A DNA stretch of 64,000 nt from Tubulanus polymorphus (taxonomy: Eukaryota > Animalia > Nemertea). This document shows positions 50,112 through 63,376 of this stretch, piece after piece. Both the position numbers and the translations under genes were made by a program. The notes under the pieces are model-generated. The model made no database searches, was not told where the DNA came from, and saw nothing but the letters and a program-made list of their open reading frames with translations. Position 1 is the stretch's first letter; each line of letters starts with the position of its first letter. The stretch spans positions 11,493,950-11,557,949 of the forward strand of contig NC_134026.1 of assembly GCF_964204645.1 (NCBI RefSeq), given 5' to 3'.

Positions 50112-51317
50112 CTAAATTAGAGTAAATGTAATGTTAGAAATAAGCATGTAGTACATGCAAACATACAACCAATATGTGTTCACGATATATCTTAAACTTC
50201 ATGCTAGTGTTGTTGTACATCGTACATAAAATGTAACACACGGGCACGGGCACTGGGAATATCGGAATGGTTTTATTTTAGACGTGGACCAAGTTAGTGC
50301 AAGCTTTTGGATAGTTGTTATTTGAATATTGTAGTGTCTTAATGGAATCTATCATCATGTTGATAATTGCTAGATTACGTATCGGATTGTGTTGAACTGA
50401 TTTTATATAGAAAAATTTACAGCTGAAAGAAAAAACCTGACTAACTCGAGGGACTTCAAGTGAAGAGAAGCCGCACACGAAAATAGATAGGAGCCACGAT
50501 TTTTTCTTTTTAAAATAATAAAGACATTGAGCAAGAATAAGTAGCATCTCCTTCAAACGACAATCCACTACGATCATCCGATAAAGTTTACTCCTAAAGT
50601 TTATTTCCACCATAGACTATCGCCCCCTGGCTCTTTGAAGAGGCAGGGAACCAGTCTTCAATTCAATTCAGAATTTATTTTACAGAAAAGCGAGTTTTAA
50701 ATTTTAGATATTCAAACTGAAAAATATAAATGTTCATACAGAGATTTTTCAAATGGCTGCTAACGCAAGCCCCCATTGAAAGTAGAAGAAAATTAAAAGA
50801 ATTTTTTTAAAACCTGAAAGTAAATGTTTTATTGTTTCAATAAAGAATGAATTGAATTGTCGGCAGCACTATGCCGCGCATGAATACCATTTCAAGACTG
50901 ATCATGTACGCTCAACCAAGGTTGGTATGTGCTGCTGAAATAACAAAAACGATTAAACAAAATCATAAAAGGATGAAAACGACAACCGATATAGACAATA
51001 TACAAAAGGAACCTAGATTTTATGACTGCATTAAATGTGTGTAAATATCAGAGCCCAAGAAAGTTTCTAACGAAAGTTCTCGACTCCCCAAGCAAGTTAT
51101 CAATCCGTGTGATAGCAAGCATGAAAACCTTCAGCATGAAAACGCCTTGATTTCACACGATTTAACGGAACAGTTACGGAAAAATCCGAATGGTTGGCAG
51201 CTCTCAATGTCAAATTGAATGAATTGAGGGGTATGCCTTTCAATAATGTGAATAACATTAGGGACAGATCAAGGGTGCAATTTTGGCTGCCTCACCAAAA
51301 AAGCAGAAAAAGAACTA

Positions 51318-52062
51318 AGGGTCCAGGGACACTATGCCCACTTGGAAAGTGGTTTCAAATGCTCAACCATCTCAATATTCTGCGATCATAGAACATGTCA
51401 GCAGCTGCGATTTTGTAATTAATTGTGATAACAAAATATGCCTGGTTACCAATTTAATATGGAAATACTAAGTTATTCTACTATTCAACACCCCCTGGTG
51501 ACCATATTCAAAGCCCAATGTCCTTGAAACACACCACAATCATTGAACATGTCATGAGCTACAACTTTGCAATTGGTCATGGTAACAAAATATGCCTAAC
51601 AAAATATAGGTACCAATATAATAAGGAAATAATACTAAGTTATTCTACTATTCAGCGCCCCCTAGTGACCATATAGAATAACTAATATACTTGCAACTCA
51701 CCACAATCATAGACGATGTCATCAGCTACAACTTTGCAATTGATTGTGGTAACAAAATATGCATTGGTACAAATAAAATATAGAAATACTAAGATATTGT
51801 ATTATTCAACGCATCCTGGTGGCCATACACAAAAACCAATGACCTTGAAACTCACCACAATCATAGAACACGTTATAACCTACAACTTTTTAATTCATTT
51901 TTATAACACAATATGCTTAGATATCAACACAATGTCGAAAAACTTTTTGCGACCTATGAATGAGTACTGATGACACCAAGATGGCCGCCTACGGACGGAT
52001 GGACAACGGACGAAAAGTGAACGCATTAGCCCGCTGGGACTAAAGTCCCAAGTGGGCTAAAA
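51318..52062. mobile_element. Helentron/HINE-like family B copy with internal 154-bp repeats
   Basis: Same subrepeat unit, a (GGAC)n-like tract and the terminal hairpin tagcccgctgggactaaagtcccaagtgggctaaaaa. Confidence 0.7.
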
Positions 52063-52818
52063 AGGGCACATTATAGGAATTGACTCCAATGTACAATAAC
52101 AGTCATTTTCAACAGTTTTTACATTTTTTTGTAAGCAACAGGACGATGGTGCCATTTACATTTTACTTTTTTCTGAGACTTTTCAACGTGCCCATAGCCA
52201 GGATTTTCATAGGACAGGGAAACCTTTGCTAGAAAAGGGCACAATCCTGCAAAAAACTTCAGCTAAAAATAGGTGCCCTATTTTGCCCATTGACAGAAAA
52301 AATAAGATTACATTTTGCCTTTTCTGCCAGCAAATTACCTTTGCATTGAAAAATTAACCTATTTTGGCATAATCTTTGAATGTCCTCCAAGGCAAGAAAA
52401 TTCTAAAGGTTCTTGAAATATTCTTACTTTCCTACTGATGCCTTCAATTTTCAACATATTATATTCAGTACCTCTCAATTCTTGTAAGCCCTTTTCACAC
52501 TTTTAGGCTGCCCTTTACAGAAAATACTCAATACGTGCGAATATTCGAAACACCATCCAGGACCCCAAAGAAACAATTGTTTGAGGCACGACCTCAGGAA
52601 ATTGTGCCTGAAAAGGCATTTGAAAAGTTTTCAAATTAATTTCGACTATTTTCCCCCTTGGTCCAAGAAGGGCACTCCTGATTTTTGAGTGCCTCACGCA
52701 AGGCATCTGAGGTACCCTAAATCCAATACTGAACATCATGAGTGGGAGCATCATTTATTGAGGGGAAATTTGTGGGCTAAGAAGGCTTGTATTGCTTTTG
52801 GAGCTAGCAGATACCAAT

Positions 52819-53032
52819 GAGGGAGGCGCAGTGGCCGAGTGGTTTAAGTCGCCGGTCACTGGTCTTGTGAATCCAGGGTTTGTGGGTTCAAACCCTGGTG
52901 GTGACAGAGTTCCTTGGTCGGAGGGACTACTCTGGCCTCTCCCCCATTGGGAAAAGGAAACATCAAACACGCTTATAATTTCCTGCATGGCGCTTCGCAG
53001 GTTGAGGGTGTTTAGAAAAATTACTTTTTTAA
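52819..53032 (+). mobile_element. tRNA-derived SINE with 8-bp TSD
   Basis: A-box GTGGCCGAGTGG, B-box GGGTTCAAACCC, an unrelated body and a T-rich tail, flanked by ATACCAAT (52811-52818, 53033-53040). Confidence 0.75.
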
Positions 53033-55011
53033 ATACCAATAACTAATAATAAATACATTCAAGAAGTTGAGAAATATTTGATGAAACAAGCAGCCTATTG
53101 GCTGATATCGCTCCAATATGTTTTGTTAACTTATATCGCTCCAATATGTTTGCGTACTTCATTTATTTAATGAGTTCGTGCATCATTTATTTTAAGGCCC
53201 ATCACTGAATGTAATCTAAAAGGATCAATCCAAGAACAGCAATGTAACGACTGATAGGATATGCACAACTATGATTTAGTAATGATGCAAGGATTAGTAA
53301 ACAATTCATAGAAAAGCGATCTATGTAGTCATTGACCCATGCAAAATCCATAGAAGCTTAAGAAGAGATCAGAACCAGAAAGAAACTTTCCATGATGAGG
53401 CTCGGTATTGACTAAGAACTTGAAAAGTGAATGAAAATACTAACTGTGTTGATGCGGTACATGTTTAATCCATTCTATCAAGCTAAATGTCAGTAAGTGT
53501 ACTTACCATGGCCACTGAATACAGTCTGCCCTCAGCACAATCGCCAAGAACCCATGGCATAGGCCAATGACCATGCAGTCCATGGGGTACAAGCTTCACA
53601 TCCATGATTCAACACGAGTGTTTTGAAGCTGTTCACAGACTGAACCTTAAGGCCAACTGCTAGCTGTACCCTGAGGGCCTATAGCTAGTCTTATGATTGA
53701 CCAAGTGGAACAGGAAAACAATATTCACCAGCGGAAGAACGACAGTTACCCAATACTAATCATGGGCATTTTGGACATGACAATTTTGGTGTTTAAATGA
53801 TGTTTTTTTTTCAAACAAAATAAACTCTATTCATCAAAAAGCCTCGTTTATTTTGTGGAATATGTAATTAAACTTCGACTTCGTCATCAATATTTCTTGA
53901 CACTGCGATTGAAGCTCCCGTAGTAAATACCCGTAACAAAAAGTGATATAATCTCAGCTGGCTAATTAATTATGCTGGTTTTTACGTAAAGAGTAGCAAC
54001 CATCTGAAATTACCCGAATTCCAAAGGTTCTATAGTTCACTGCATTGTGTCTGGAGCACTCCCCAGTCTGTCGGCATAAGCGCTGAATATCGCGCGCGAG
54101 GCGTAAGACTAGATCAGCGCACACGCTGTACAATTTCCCATGTACAAACGTGTTCTGTGTTACACATACACACACACAGCGAGTATAATGAGCTTTGCCG
54201 TAGTAACTCGCTACAGCGGCTTGAACTAAAGAGTAACTTTGATTATTTTATAACCAAATTTAGCACTCATAAGCATCAGAATCAAATATAAACCAAGCTG
54301 CACCATCTACACCAAGTACAGAATATATATGCCAAATTACAGAATTATCGATCCACACAAACAGCTTAAATGTGTGTTAAAGAAACATCCACCAGACAGA
54401 CAGACAGACAGAAATGACGACGATGCCATACATGGGTTCGTCTGACGACGATACTATCAAAAAACTGTAGGACCAGAAGCGATTCATAAAAACATAGACC
54501 CCTTCCCTAGACTACAAACAATCATCGGCTCGGCAGTGGGTCGGTCAGTTGGTCGTCCGGTTTTTTTTATTTCCATAAATCCCAGAAAAAAATTTTCACT
54601 TGGTACCTTTGAAGCCGGGTCTGCCTGGTTAGGGCGAACATACCATTTTATTTGGACGGCCTTAATCACAAGATATTGTGGATGGAATCAGAATTTCATT
54701 TCTACTGAATTTTTTCATGGTAGGCAAGGTGCCTCGTTCAAATGTACAGGTTAACTAAGTTGTGAGTTACCATTTCTGACTGGTGTTGACGCATGTTGAA
54801 AATCTTCAACATTTTGGACTCAACATATAAAAAAATGCCACTAGGCATGCCACGGACTCAATAACGTTGTAACAATTGATGTGTGAAGCCTGATGAAATT
54901 CATGAAGTCATGATCTTCTAAGAATTCAACATCTTAAGTCATCGCATAGTAGCCTAAATATTCTTCCATCATTTATCATATGCCATGCATTTAGTACTAG
55001 TTCATACATAC

Positions 55012-55060
55012 CTAGGTTTATAGCCATCTGAATGGAGTGACGTAAACTCTGAATCAATGG
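55012..55060 (-). CDS. PNLDC1: Host gene exon (PARN/CAF1-family deadenylase, PNLDC1-like), carrying the ExoI D-x-E motif
   Basis: The minus strand reads tttcag|CC ATT GAT TCA GAG TTT ACG TCA CTC...CCT AG|gtatgt, i.e. (A)IDSEFTSLHSDGYKP(S). It matches the CAF1-family 'D-x-E-F-T' motif and its phase fits the next exon. The first coding exon was not found in the window. Confidence 0.85.
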
Positions 55061-56467
55061 CTGAAAGATGAAAAAATGAAAATACTGTGAATACTTTTAT
55101 GGGTCAGGATAAACAATATAGTTTTATCTCAGACGAAAATAGGCCCTAAACTAAGAGTTTGACCCATCATGGAGGTACTTCCCACTCCAGTATAGGAGTC
55201 GGAAATGGCTGAATTAACCCTAAATGAACCCTTAGGCCCTACTACAAGCACTGCAAAGCCTAAGTTCCTGAAAGACATTAACCTAAAAACATTCCTAGTT
55301 ATTCAACTCCGGTCTAAAAATCGCAGCTGGTGAAGAAATGCAAAAACCAGACCTCAAAATTCACAGCAATGAAACAATATCTATGTCATGAGATACAAAT
55401 GTGTAACTGAATGTTCTTTCCAAAATATGTATGGAACCAGCTTCCAAAATAAATAGAAATCCCATGTTATCTTATTGTTCAACATATCCGGCTGAACATA
55501 AGCCCATATTCATGACACTACAGTTAAACATGTCAGGAGGTGCGACTAAACATTGAAGAACAGGCATGGCTACTAAGGCAAGTGAGGGTTCAACGAGCCA
55601 AACAATCAAGTTCAAATTCATTTGCACATAAAAGTGTATTATTGCACCACAAAGTTATTTCGGGGGGTGTTGGGGGTCCTCCCCCAAGAAAATTTTAGAA
55701 ATTAAAAGCGTTTTCCGTGCACTTAGAGCGATCTGTAACCCATGAACGACTATTATATTTTGGAAGGTAATGGCAAATTCCAATGTGGCACATCCTCATT
55801 CGATGACATTCAGCATCTCATGCATTACGGGTCGAACCCAGAATTATTGCAGTTAAAATGCGCCGATGAATGCTCACTAAAAATCATCAACCAGTAGTGT
55901 ATAGTATCTGAAGGCGCCGCAACAGTAAGTTGGCCTATATACATTACTAATGCTGCCGCGCGCGCATGTCTGCAAACGATCAGTAAAAATAAAAATACAT
56001 ACACATTCAGTGTTGGAATGAATATGCATTGAAACGCAATACGCGAAGATAAGTAAAACAAGCAGTGAACGCTTTTACGGTTCACCTGATTACCGATCGC
56101 GCCAGACCAATTGAGTGAGATTATCACCCCCCCCCCCCATACTTTTACATCATTTTTGGATTATTTGGAAAATTGATATTTTTCAATACCGAAATTCGCG
56201 GATCCGGGGAATCCTTATCCTTGCATCACAGATTTCAATGAAAAATAACAAACCATTAGGAAGAGCAACAGGTCTCAGAATTCAGGCCAAAATTGACGTT
56301 TTTAGGCACAAACAAAGGCACAGGACGGGTCAGGGTGATCTGTGTTCGGTTAGGGATTTTGCACGAATATTTCTTGCTGTTCCTTCTTGTAACTATGCAG
56401 TGGACCTGAGCTGCCGTCCATGACGTTGAAATACTTGTTGGATTAGGAACTTTATTTCTAGAATCTT

Positions 56468-56542
56468 CTCATAAAAGCACTTAGTCAGTAGATTGTTTAG
56501 TGATAAACACTAAACGATCTGCTGACTAAGTGCCTTTATGAG
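56468..56542. repeat. 35-bp-arm hairpin
   Basis: ctcataaaagcacttagtcagtagattgtttagtg-ataaa-cactaaacgatctgctgactaagtgcctttatgag, with 3 non-Watson-Crick positions. Confidence 0.9.
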
Positions 56543-57189
56543 GGTTTCCAGCAGTCCTTCCAAGTCCTTCTATGTCCTTTTGGAAAAAGTTAGGACAAAC
56601 ATCATCTTTGTCCCTTCATTTTGATTCTAAGTTCTTCCTTTTGATAAAAAGTCCTTCCAAATTTGATTTTTATGTTGCAAATTCGACAGTATTCTACCAC
56701 TCAGGCCGGGTCAATTCAATTATCAGTAAGAATGAATATACAGGAAAGTTTTATAGAAATGTCCTGAAATGTATGACTGGTCTACAAGACTAGTATTCTG
56801 ATAAAGGCATTGTGAAAATGCTCCCTTATGGGCCCTCATTTTACTGGAAAGAAGTTCGAGTCAAAAGTCCCTCCTTTTGGGTTTAAAATTGCCGAAAAAG
56901 TCTTTCTTAGTACTTCTTTTTACCCTGGCCTTACGACTGGAAACCCCTATTCAATATAATATTGAATTCAAATCTGATAGTCGGAGCCGTGTCCAGATCA
57001 TCGGGCTGGTTCAATACCGCACCCGAGGTGTGGTCCACTGTATAGTGCTCTCTCTTTGGGTGAATTACTTTTTAACTATTTGGAAGATAAATGTTCTCAA
57101 AAGTAGCCAATCTCTCTTTTGAAGCTTTTGATACGCGGTTCAGGCTGGAATTCTCATAGACTAGTTGACGATAAAGTGTTAGATCGAGT

Positions 57190-57445
57190 GTTGTTGTTTA
57201 CTTATGTTTAATCACGCGTGATCGTCACGTCACGCAGTATCACATAACCTTCGACCAATCGAGACGCGTCAGGGACAGCAACATGCAGCCAATCAGGACA
57301 CATCGGGTACAAGGGGCTCTATAAAAGGCGGGCAGGCAGGACTACAACATTTGCAATAAACGGTCATTGTACTTTATGTTAGGGACTGTTCTCGATTGGT
57401 GTAGTGTCATTCCCTCAGCAGTCTGGATCAGTTCACTAGAGGTCT
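57190..57445 (+). promoter_or_regulatory. LTR-like segment (CCAAT x2, TATA, AATAAA); possible solo LTR
   Basis: ccaatc at ~57255 and ~57289, ctataaaagg at ~57319 and aataaa at ~57355, in LTR order. TG...CA ends and a TSD could not be fixed. Confidence 0.35.
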
Positions 57446-57955
57446 AATGTTACTGGAGTGGTGGTGGATGGTACGACCAGACTTGTGGTGTATGTAGATG
57501 ATGGTTCAACGGCCTACGGGAATGGTTTTGGTCCTCGGAACTGCGAAGAAACGAAGTGATTGCTGGTCAGCTGTCATAGATGAGATTTTACAGAGAACGA
57601 GTTTTGGCCAGGTACTGACCCTGTCCCCGATATCTTTTTATTCCCCTTACTATTCTCTTCTGACCCCCAGTTGCTTCTTTTTGAGTCCTAGTTTTGGACT
57701 TCATGATAATTAGGCAGCTCGTTTTAGCGACGTTGTTTTCTGGTTGTTTGGTTTTTCTTGTTTCCTCAACATATATTTCGTACTTATTTGTGGCACGACT
57801 ACATGATAGAAGCAGTTTTTTGGTTATGACTATGTCCTGAGCACTTTTCACCAATTTTTCGGACGTGACCACATATGATTCGTTCACTGACTAGTGTCAA
57901 TGTGGATAGATTATTGCTATTGACCTGTTAAGTAAAGAACACAAAGATGTCCTAT

Positions 57956-59850
57956 TTAATTTAAGCCAGACATTGTTGCCCCAATCAAAATTAAAATATA
58001 CAGAAACTTGAAACAAAATACTGATCTACTTCTACTTAATTCTTTATTTACTGAGAAGCCACGCTCAACAGAAGCCTGTCCATGGGACATAACCAGTAGT
58101 ATTTGTATAATCTTCCACAACACATTATACTTTGTTTCGTTAAGTTTTGCATGAAAGAACTCAGACTTATCATGCTTATCATGTTCATATAGCTTAAATT
58201 CTGAGAGACTAGAGCGAACATCACTATCAACAAAATTGGCTGCCAGACTGCTATATCTGTTTCTGAATACATTATCTTCTTTGAATCTGCAAGCATCTAA
58301 AAACAATTTGCCAACAAATAAAGCATCAAAGAAATTGACAAAACATCTGGGTAAGATGCAATAGTGTAAATCCATGTATACACACTGTACCTCAGCTTAT
58401 TTCTCCATCACCTGAATTGACTGGTCCGGTTTGTCTGGCAAGTTAAATGGATTGAAGCAGCTACCATATCGCACTAAACTGTTCTTGACAGGTGCCTTCT
58501 CAATTTGCCATTAAGTCCAATTAGAACTTTCAACGAGTCATTCATGAAATCCAACCGCTGCTATATGGTAGCTTAGCACCTTTAAAGGATGCTTTTGTTG
58601 CAGAGCCAACAATTACCTATCAATAAAAAAGGATCGTTTAAATATTGGGATGACAACAATGTTGTTTAGTTAAAAAGTAACACTTTAACAGTGAACAGTA
58701 CCATCACTCTTAAAAATTGGATCCCAGATATCATATATCTATTCTAACCAACCACTATTTTCATATCAGTAAAAAATCTAATATATTATTCAGCATTAAG
58801 TGTGAAGTATTGTAACCAAAACTTTACCTTTATAGGAAGCAATTTTTCCATCTCTTTGTCGACTTTTAAAATTCTGTGGGCACTGAGAGCATTTTTCAAC
58901 GAATCGTAACATCAAACCACATAGGATAGCGCTTAAATGTTCCGCCGAAAATTGCAACATTGGTTCATCAGTCTGATATTTCACTAGAAATGGATGTATC
59001 TCCTCACATACAGATAAGAAGTGAAAGAGCGGCACTATCTGAGGTTTCTTTGAGGCGTCAACTATAGTTAAGTAAGAAGCACACTGGGGCTTCATAACAG
59101 TTTTTTTCTGAACAGCATCAATATACTTCAAAACAGTTGGCCGTAGAAGAATGGCATGGCGTACAACAGGTTGTTCATTCTCAGTCCAACGATGCTTACA
59201 GAAACACATTGGAAACACATCACAGCCGGTCGATGTAATAAAGTCTTTGAATCCTTGAATAAAGGATTAAGTGATGACAATACTGGGCGAATGTCAAAAT
59301 TTATCTTTTAAAACGCTGTTCCTATAGCACAATGTAGAATATGCAGCCCACATGTTCCAATTTCATAGTGCATACATGGATTTACACTATTCAATTTCAC
59401 ATTTGACCAATCCATCGAAATCTGCAGTAAATTCCTAAGACTAAGTTTATCGGCACAAATTTTTAATTCATCGAGCAGTCATTCAGAATCACCATGACCC
59501 ATAAACTACGAGCCATAATATCTTGTATTTACAATACCGTTACTCCAATATCTAACCCACATGTCCAGCTGTTTTTCTTGAGTAACTTTGTTGAGGGATT
59601 CATTGAATAATAGAACATATTCACTAAAACTTGAGACAGATATTTGCAACATCTCTCGCAAGTAAGGACCAATTCCAAAGTTTACTAAATATCTGCATTT
59701 GTCCTCGACCAGATTGAACTTGCTTGCAATCGCGCTATCTGAAATAATTTTTCGGTACAGTTTTGATTTATTGTTCATTATAAACCACTCTGCAGAATAA
59801 AAACGGCATAAATAGAATGCGTCAATTTTTTTGTCCTCGCCCAACAAACA
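57956..59850 (-). pseudogene. hAT-superfamily transposase remnant
   Basis: KCRYLVNFGIGPY, LLF(D/N)ESLNK..Q.KQLD..VRYW, ISMDG, GTCGLH, FP..FC.HRW.EN, FL.KYQTD.PM and the dimerisation-like SHGQASVERGFSVN. Fragmented. Confidence 0.75.
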
Positions 59851-60217
59851 ACACCATACATGAACGACATTACTGAATTCATGCTATATGTATATGATAT
59901 TTCTTTAATAAGGACAATCAACACGACAACGTCAGTTCACTACAAAAAATATAACAAGTCCAAACTTATTTCAAAACATAACAACATTGAATACAGCAAT
60001 TAACAATTCTTTGCGTAATAACGACTTTGAATAACATTATGATGTAAAGATTTTCTTACCGAATTTATACTCATATTATATATGTCTACATCATGTCCAC
60101 ACACATGCCAAACTAATACAAAACCTCACCTACACAGATAGGCCTATACAGGGTGGTCCAAAAACGCAACCCCATACTTCCACTTATTAGGGGCCTTCAA
60201 TATCAATATAGGCCTAG

Positions 60218-61600
60218 CCCTTTCAGTGTCTCAGGTGCACCCGGTGCGCCGAGTTTTTTCCTAACCGAACGCAGGCGCACCAGAAGCCCCACTGTGTTTA
60301 AGAAATCAATAGATGGCAAATGAATCGGCATATGTTCACCAGATTTGTCTGACAGCGTAGTATACTAGCGTTATCGATCATACAGTCGCTCCGCATGCTG
60401 TGTAGACAGTAGTACAGCAGTATATAGCACATAGCCTACGCTGTAGTACTACAATACTGTATCATGGCGTCTTGTCAAAGATACTCCGGCGATCAAGCCA
60501 GGGATCTTATACGGCAATATGTAAATGATGGCGAAAATGATTCAAGTGAAAACGATGATGATATAACTAATGATGGTGACAATGATGACGTCATAGACCC
60601 GCCAAATTCCGAACGTGAAAGTGAGGACGACACGGCACCTGTCGTTCATGAAATGTCATCAAGCAGCAATGAATCAACTCAAAATTATTCTCCACCAAGG
60701 AAACAAGCTAGGGGCCGGCCCACGGGTCGAGCCAGAGTGAGAGCCAGGGGTCGCGGCAGAGGAGCTCAAGTTATCAGACAAGGGCAGCCTGACGTAGCGA
60801 ATCGAAATAAAGATGATGATCGGATTGATGTGACTGAGAATGACGTTGGTCCAAATATAATCTGGTTCATCCCCCAAGCGCCCCCTGGACCAAAACATTG
60901 TGATAATGTAGATGAACCGGTCGAATTCTTCAAGCGGATTTTTACCAGAGATATCGCATCAGGAATTGCAGATGAATGTAATCGATACACAGCTGAGAAA
61001 ATAGCAACAACTCAATTGAAACTGCATTCGAGGCTGCAACAGTGGGTCCCGACTGATACTGATGAAATCTACAGGCTACTTGGAATCATTATGAATATGG
61101 GGCTTGTAAGAATCCCGGAGGTCAAAAAGTACTGGTCCACATTGTGGGAATCGCATATCCAGTTTTTCAGCGATGCTATGTATGCAAATGGATTTTCTGT
61201 TGTTTCATACGGCTTTACGTTTAAAAATTCAATAAATATTATGCCCCACACAGAGAGCTGTCCATGGATGAAAGTATGATCGCCTATAAAGGCAGAGTAA
61301 TTTTCATAATGTACATGCCCAAGAAACCCACTAAATAAGGCATTCTCGCGTGCACTTTGGCATTTGCTCACACTGGCTACATGTTGAATATCAATGTCTA
61401 CTATGGGAGAAATGATGACCCAGCTATAGTTCCTGGGCTAGGGAAGCTAGCCCAATCTGTATTGAAAATCATGGCAGCTTATGAAGATAGGGGCCACCAA
61501 GTTTTCTTGGATCGTCAATACAATAGTTTTGGGCTGGCTGAAAGTTTATACGAAAAACGGATCCACATAACTGGTACCCAACAAGAAAACAAGACAGTGT
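60218..61600 (+). mobile_element. piggyBac transposon remnant (5' part)
   Basis: CCC-starting end at ~60218. ORF 60464-61279 has P.EFF..IF, ECNRY, W.P....EI...LG....MG and YWST, followed by DESMI.YKGR..F..YMP.KP.K.GI, GY..N..VY.G and VFLD..YNS. Frameshifts; truncated by the LINE. Confidence 0.85.
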
Positions 61601-63376
61601 TTCTTGGAATTTGAAGGATTTTGAAGATTTTGGTAAAATTTTTTCAAGTAGTGAAGATGGCAGCACAGGTGAAGTACATTAGAAGTGGCCTTGCTGAATT
61701 TTTCCCTTCAGTTCAAAGCATATCTAAACCTGTGTATGACAAATTGTGCTCATTGGAAATATGTACTAAATGTCCAACGAAGCATGGAAATAAAGCTGAT
61801 GTCAGGCAGATAAAGACTATAGTAAACTATACAAACTGTTCTACAATTCCTGTGATCCTGAGATCAGCCAAGAGTGAGAATGTCAACATGAACAGAACCA
61901 GGAAGATATGTTGTCTTAATCCATATTCAGTCAAAAATAAGGCGCTGTCAATAGCAGATTATATGACCTCCAATGATTTAGACATTTTAGCCATCACAGA
62001 AACCTGGTTGGGCAGTGACATTGACAGTGTAGTTTTGAATAAACTTTTGCCCACTGGATATAAAATCAACCATATATCTCGCCAGGATAAAAGAAATGGA
62101 GGCGGCGTTGCAATTATATTTAAAGAGTCGTTGGATGTGGATGTGTTGGATAAAATTAGTAATTTCACTCATTTTGAGTATATGTCTTGCAAAGTCAAGT
62201 CATGTGACACCTGTTTTGATTCAACCATTGTGTACCGGCCATCAGCTTCAAAAAGAAATGGTTTTAGAATATCTACATTCTTTGATGAATGGTACAACTT
62301 TTTAAACAGTTTTATTTCGATCAAGGATGAATTTATCATAACTGGCGATTTTAACTTTCATGTTGATGACACGAACTGTGCTAGCGCTATGAAATTTCTT
62401 GATTCTCTAGCATCTGCTGGTCTGAGGCAACATGTTACTGTACCAACTCATCACTCAGGCCATATACTCTTGATCTAGTCATAACTAAAATGGATTGTTC
62501 TTTGATTGTGTGTCCACCTGTTGCGTGTGAACCTAGTTTTTGTAACTCTAATGCTGAAGTTTTAAGAGATCATTAAGCGATTATTTTCGACCTTTCTATA
62601 AATCGTCCATCCGTGGTTAAAAAGACTGTTACTTTTCGCAAATTTCGATCTACTAATGTTCCTGATTTCAAGAAAGACCTGGAAACCGACTGTCAAGCAA
62701 CAGATATAGACTGTTCTGTGCAGGAATTAGTGATTAATTATAATTCCGCCATCTCAAAGCTTATAGATATGCATGCTCCTTCTCAGACTAAAAAGGTCAC
62801 TTTGCATCCACATGCACCTTGGTATACCGATGAACTTCGAACTGCTAAGCAAGAACATCGAAAACGTGAACGACTTTGGAATAAAACTAAACTGACTGTT
62901 CATCAACTTATCTACAGAGAACAATGTGCGGTAGTCAACAATCTTTTAAAGCAAGCGAAAAATGACTATTATTCCTCAAAAATTATTGAGTGTGGCAATG
63001 ACATGAAAGCTCTTTTTAAGTTATCGAGTAAATTAATGGGGAAATCAGACTGTGCTATTTTTCCAACTCATGCGTGCCCTAAATTTTTGGCTAATCGGTT
63101 TAATGAGTTTTATCTGAGTAAGATTGTCAACATGCGTGGCAAACTCAGAGAGTTGTCCTCTGTTAACAATAACCATCTCAGTAATGATGTCCAGTTTTGT
63201 GGCAATAGTCTATCGTGCTTTAATCCTTTAACTTGTGATGATGTTCGGAAACTCATCTGCATCCTGTAATCTAGATCCTCTGCCTACGTGGTTGCTAAAA
63301 GAATGTATAGATGTTTTGTTACCTTGTGTTACTCGTATAATTAATGTATTTCTTGAAACCGGTGTTGTACCATCTA
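61600..63376 (+). mobile_element. L2/CR1-type LINE fragment (APE endonuclease and linker)
   Basis: LN..SV.NK, DILAITETWL, GGGVAI, VYRP, GDFNFH, PTH..GH.LDLVIT, APWYT..LR.AK...RK.ER.W, C.LDPLP..LLK.C. Confidence 0.9.

Noticed and set aside
52821-52905. Functional tRNA gene
   Set aside because: The acceptor stem does not pair and the sequence continues into a SINE-like body flanked by a TSD.
43500-54420. (CA)n/(GT)n and (CAGA)n tracts and many short ORFs from the track
   Set aside because: These are ordinary microsatellites. The short ORFs have no motifs or are antisense shadows of TE coding regions.
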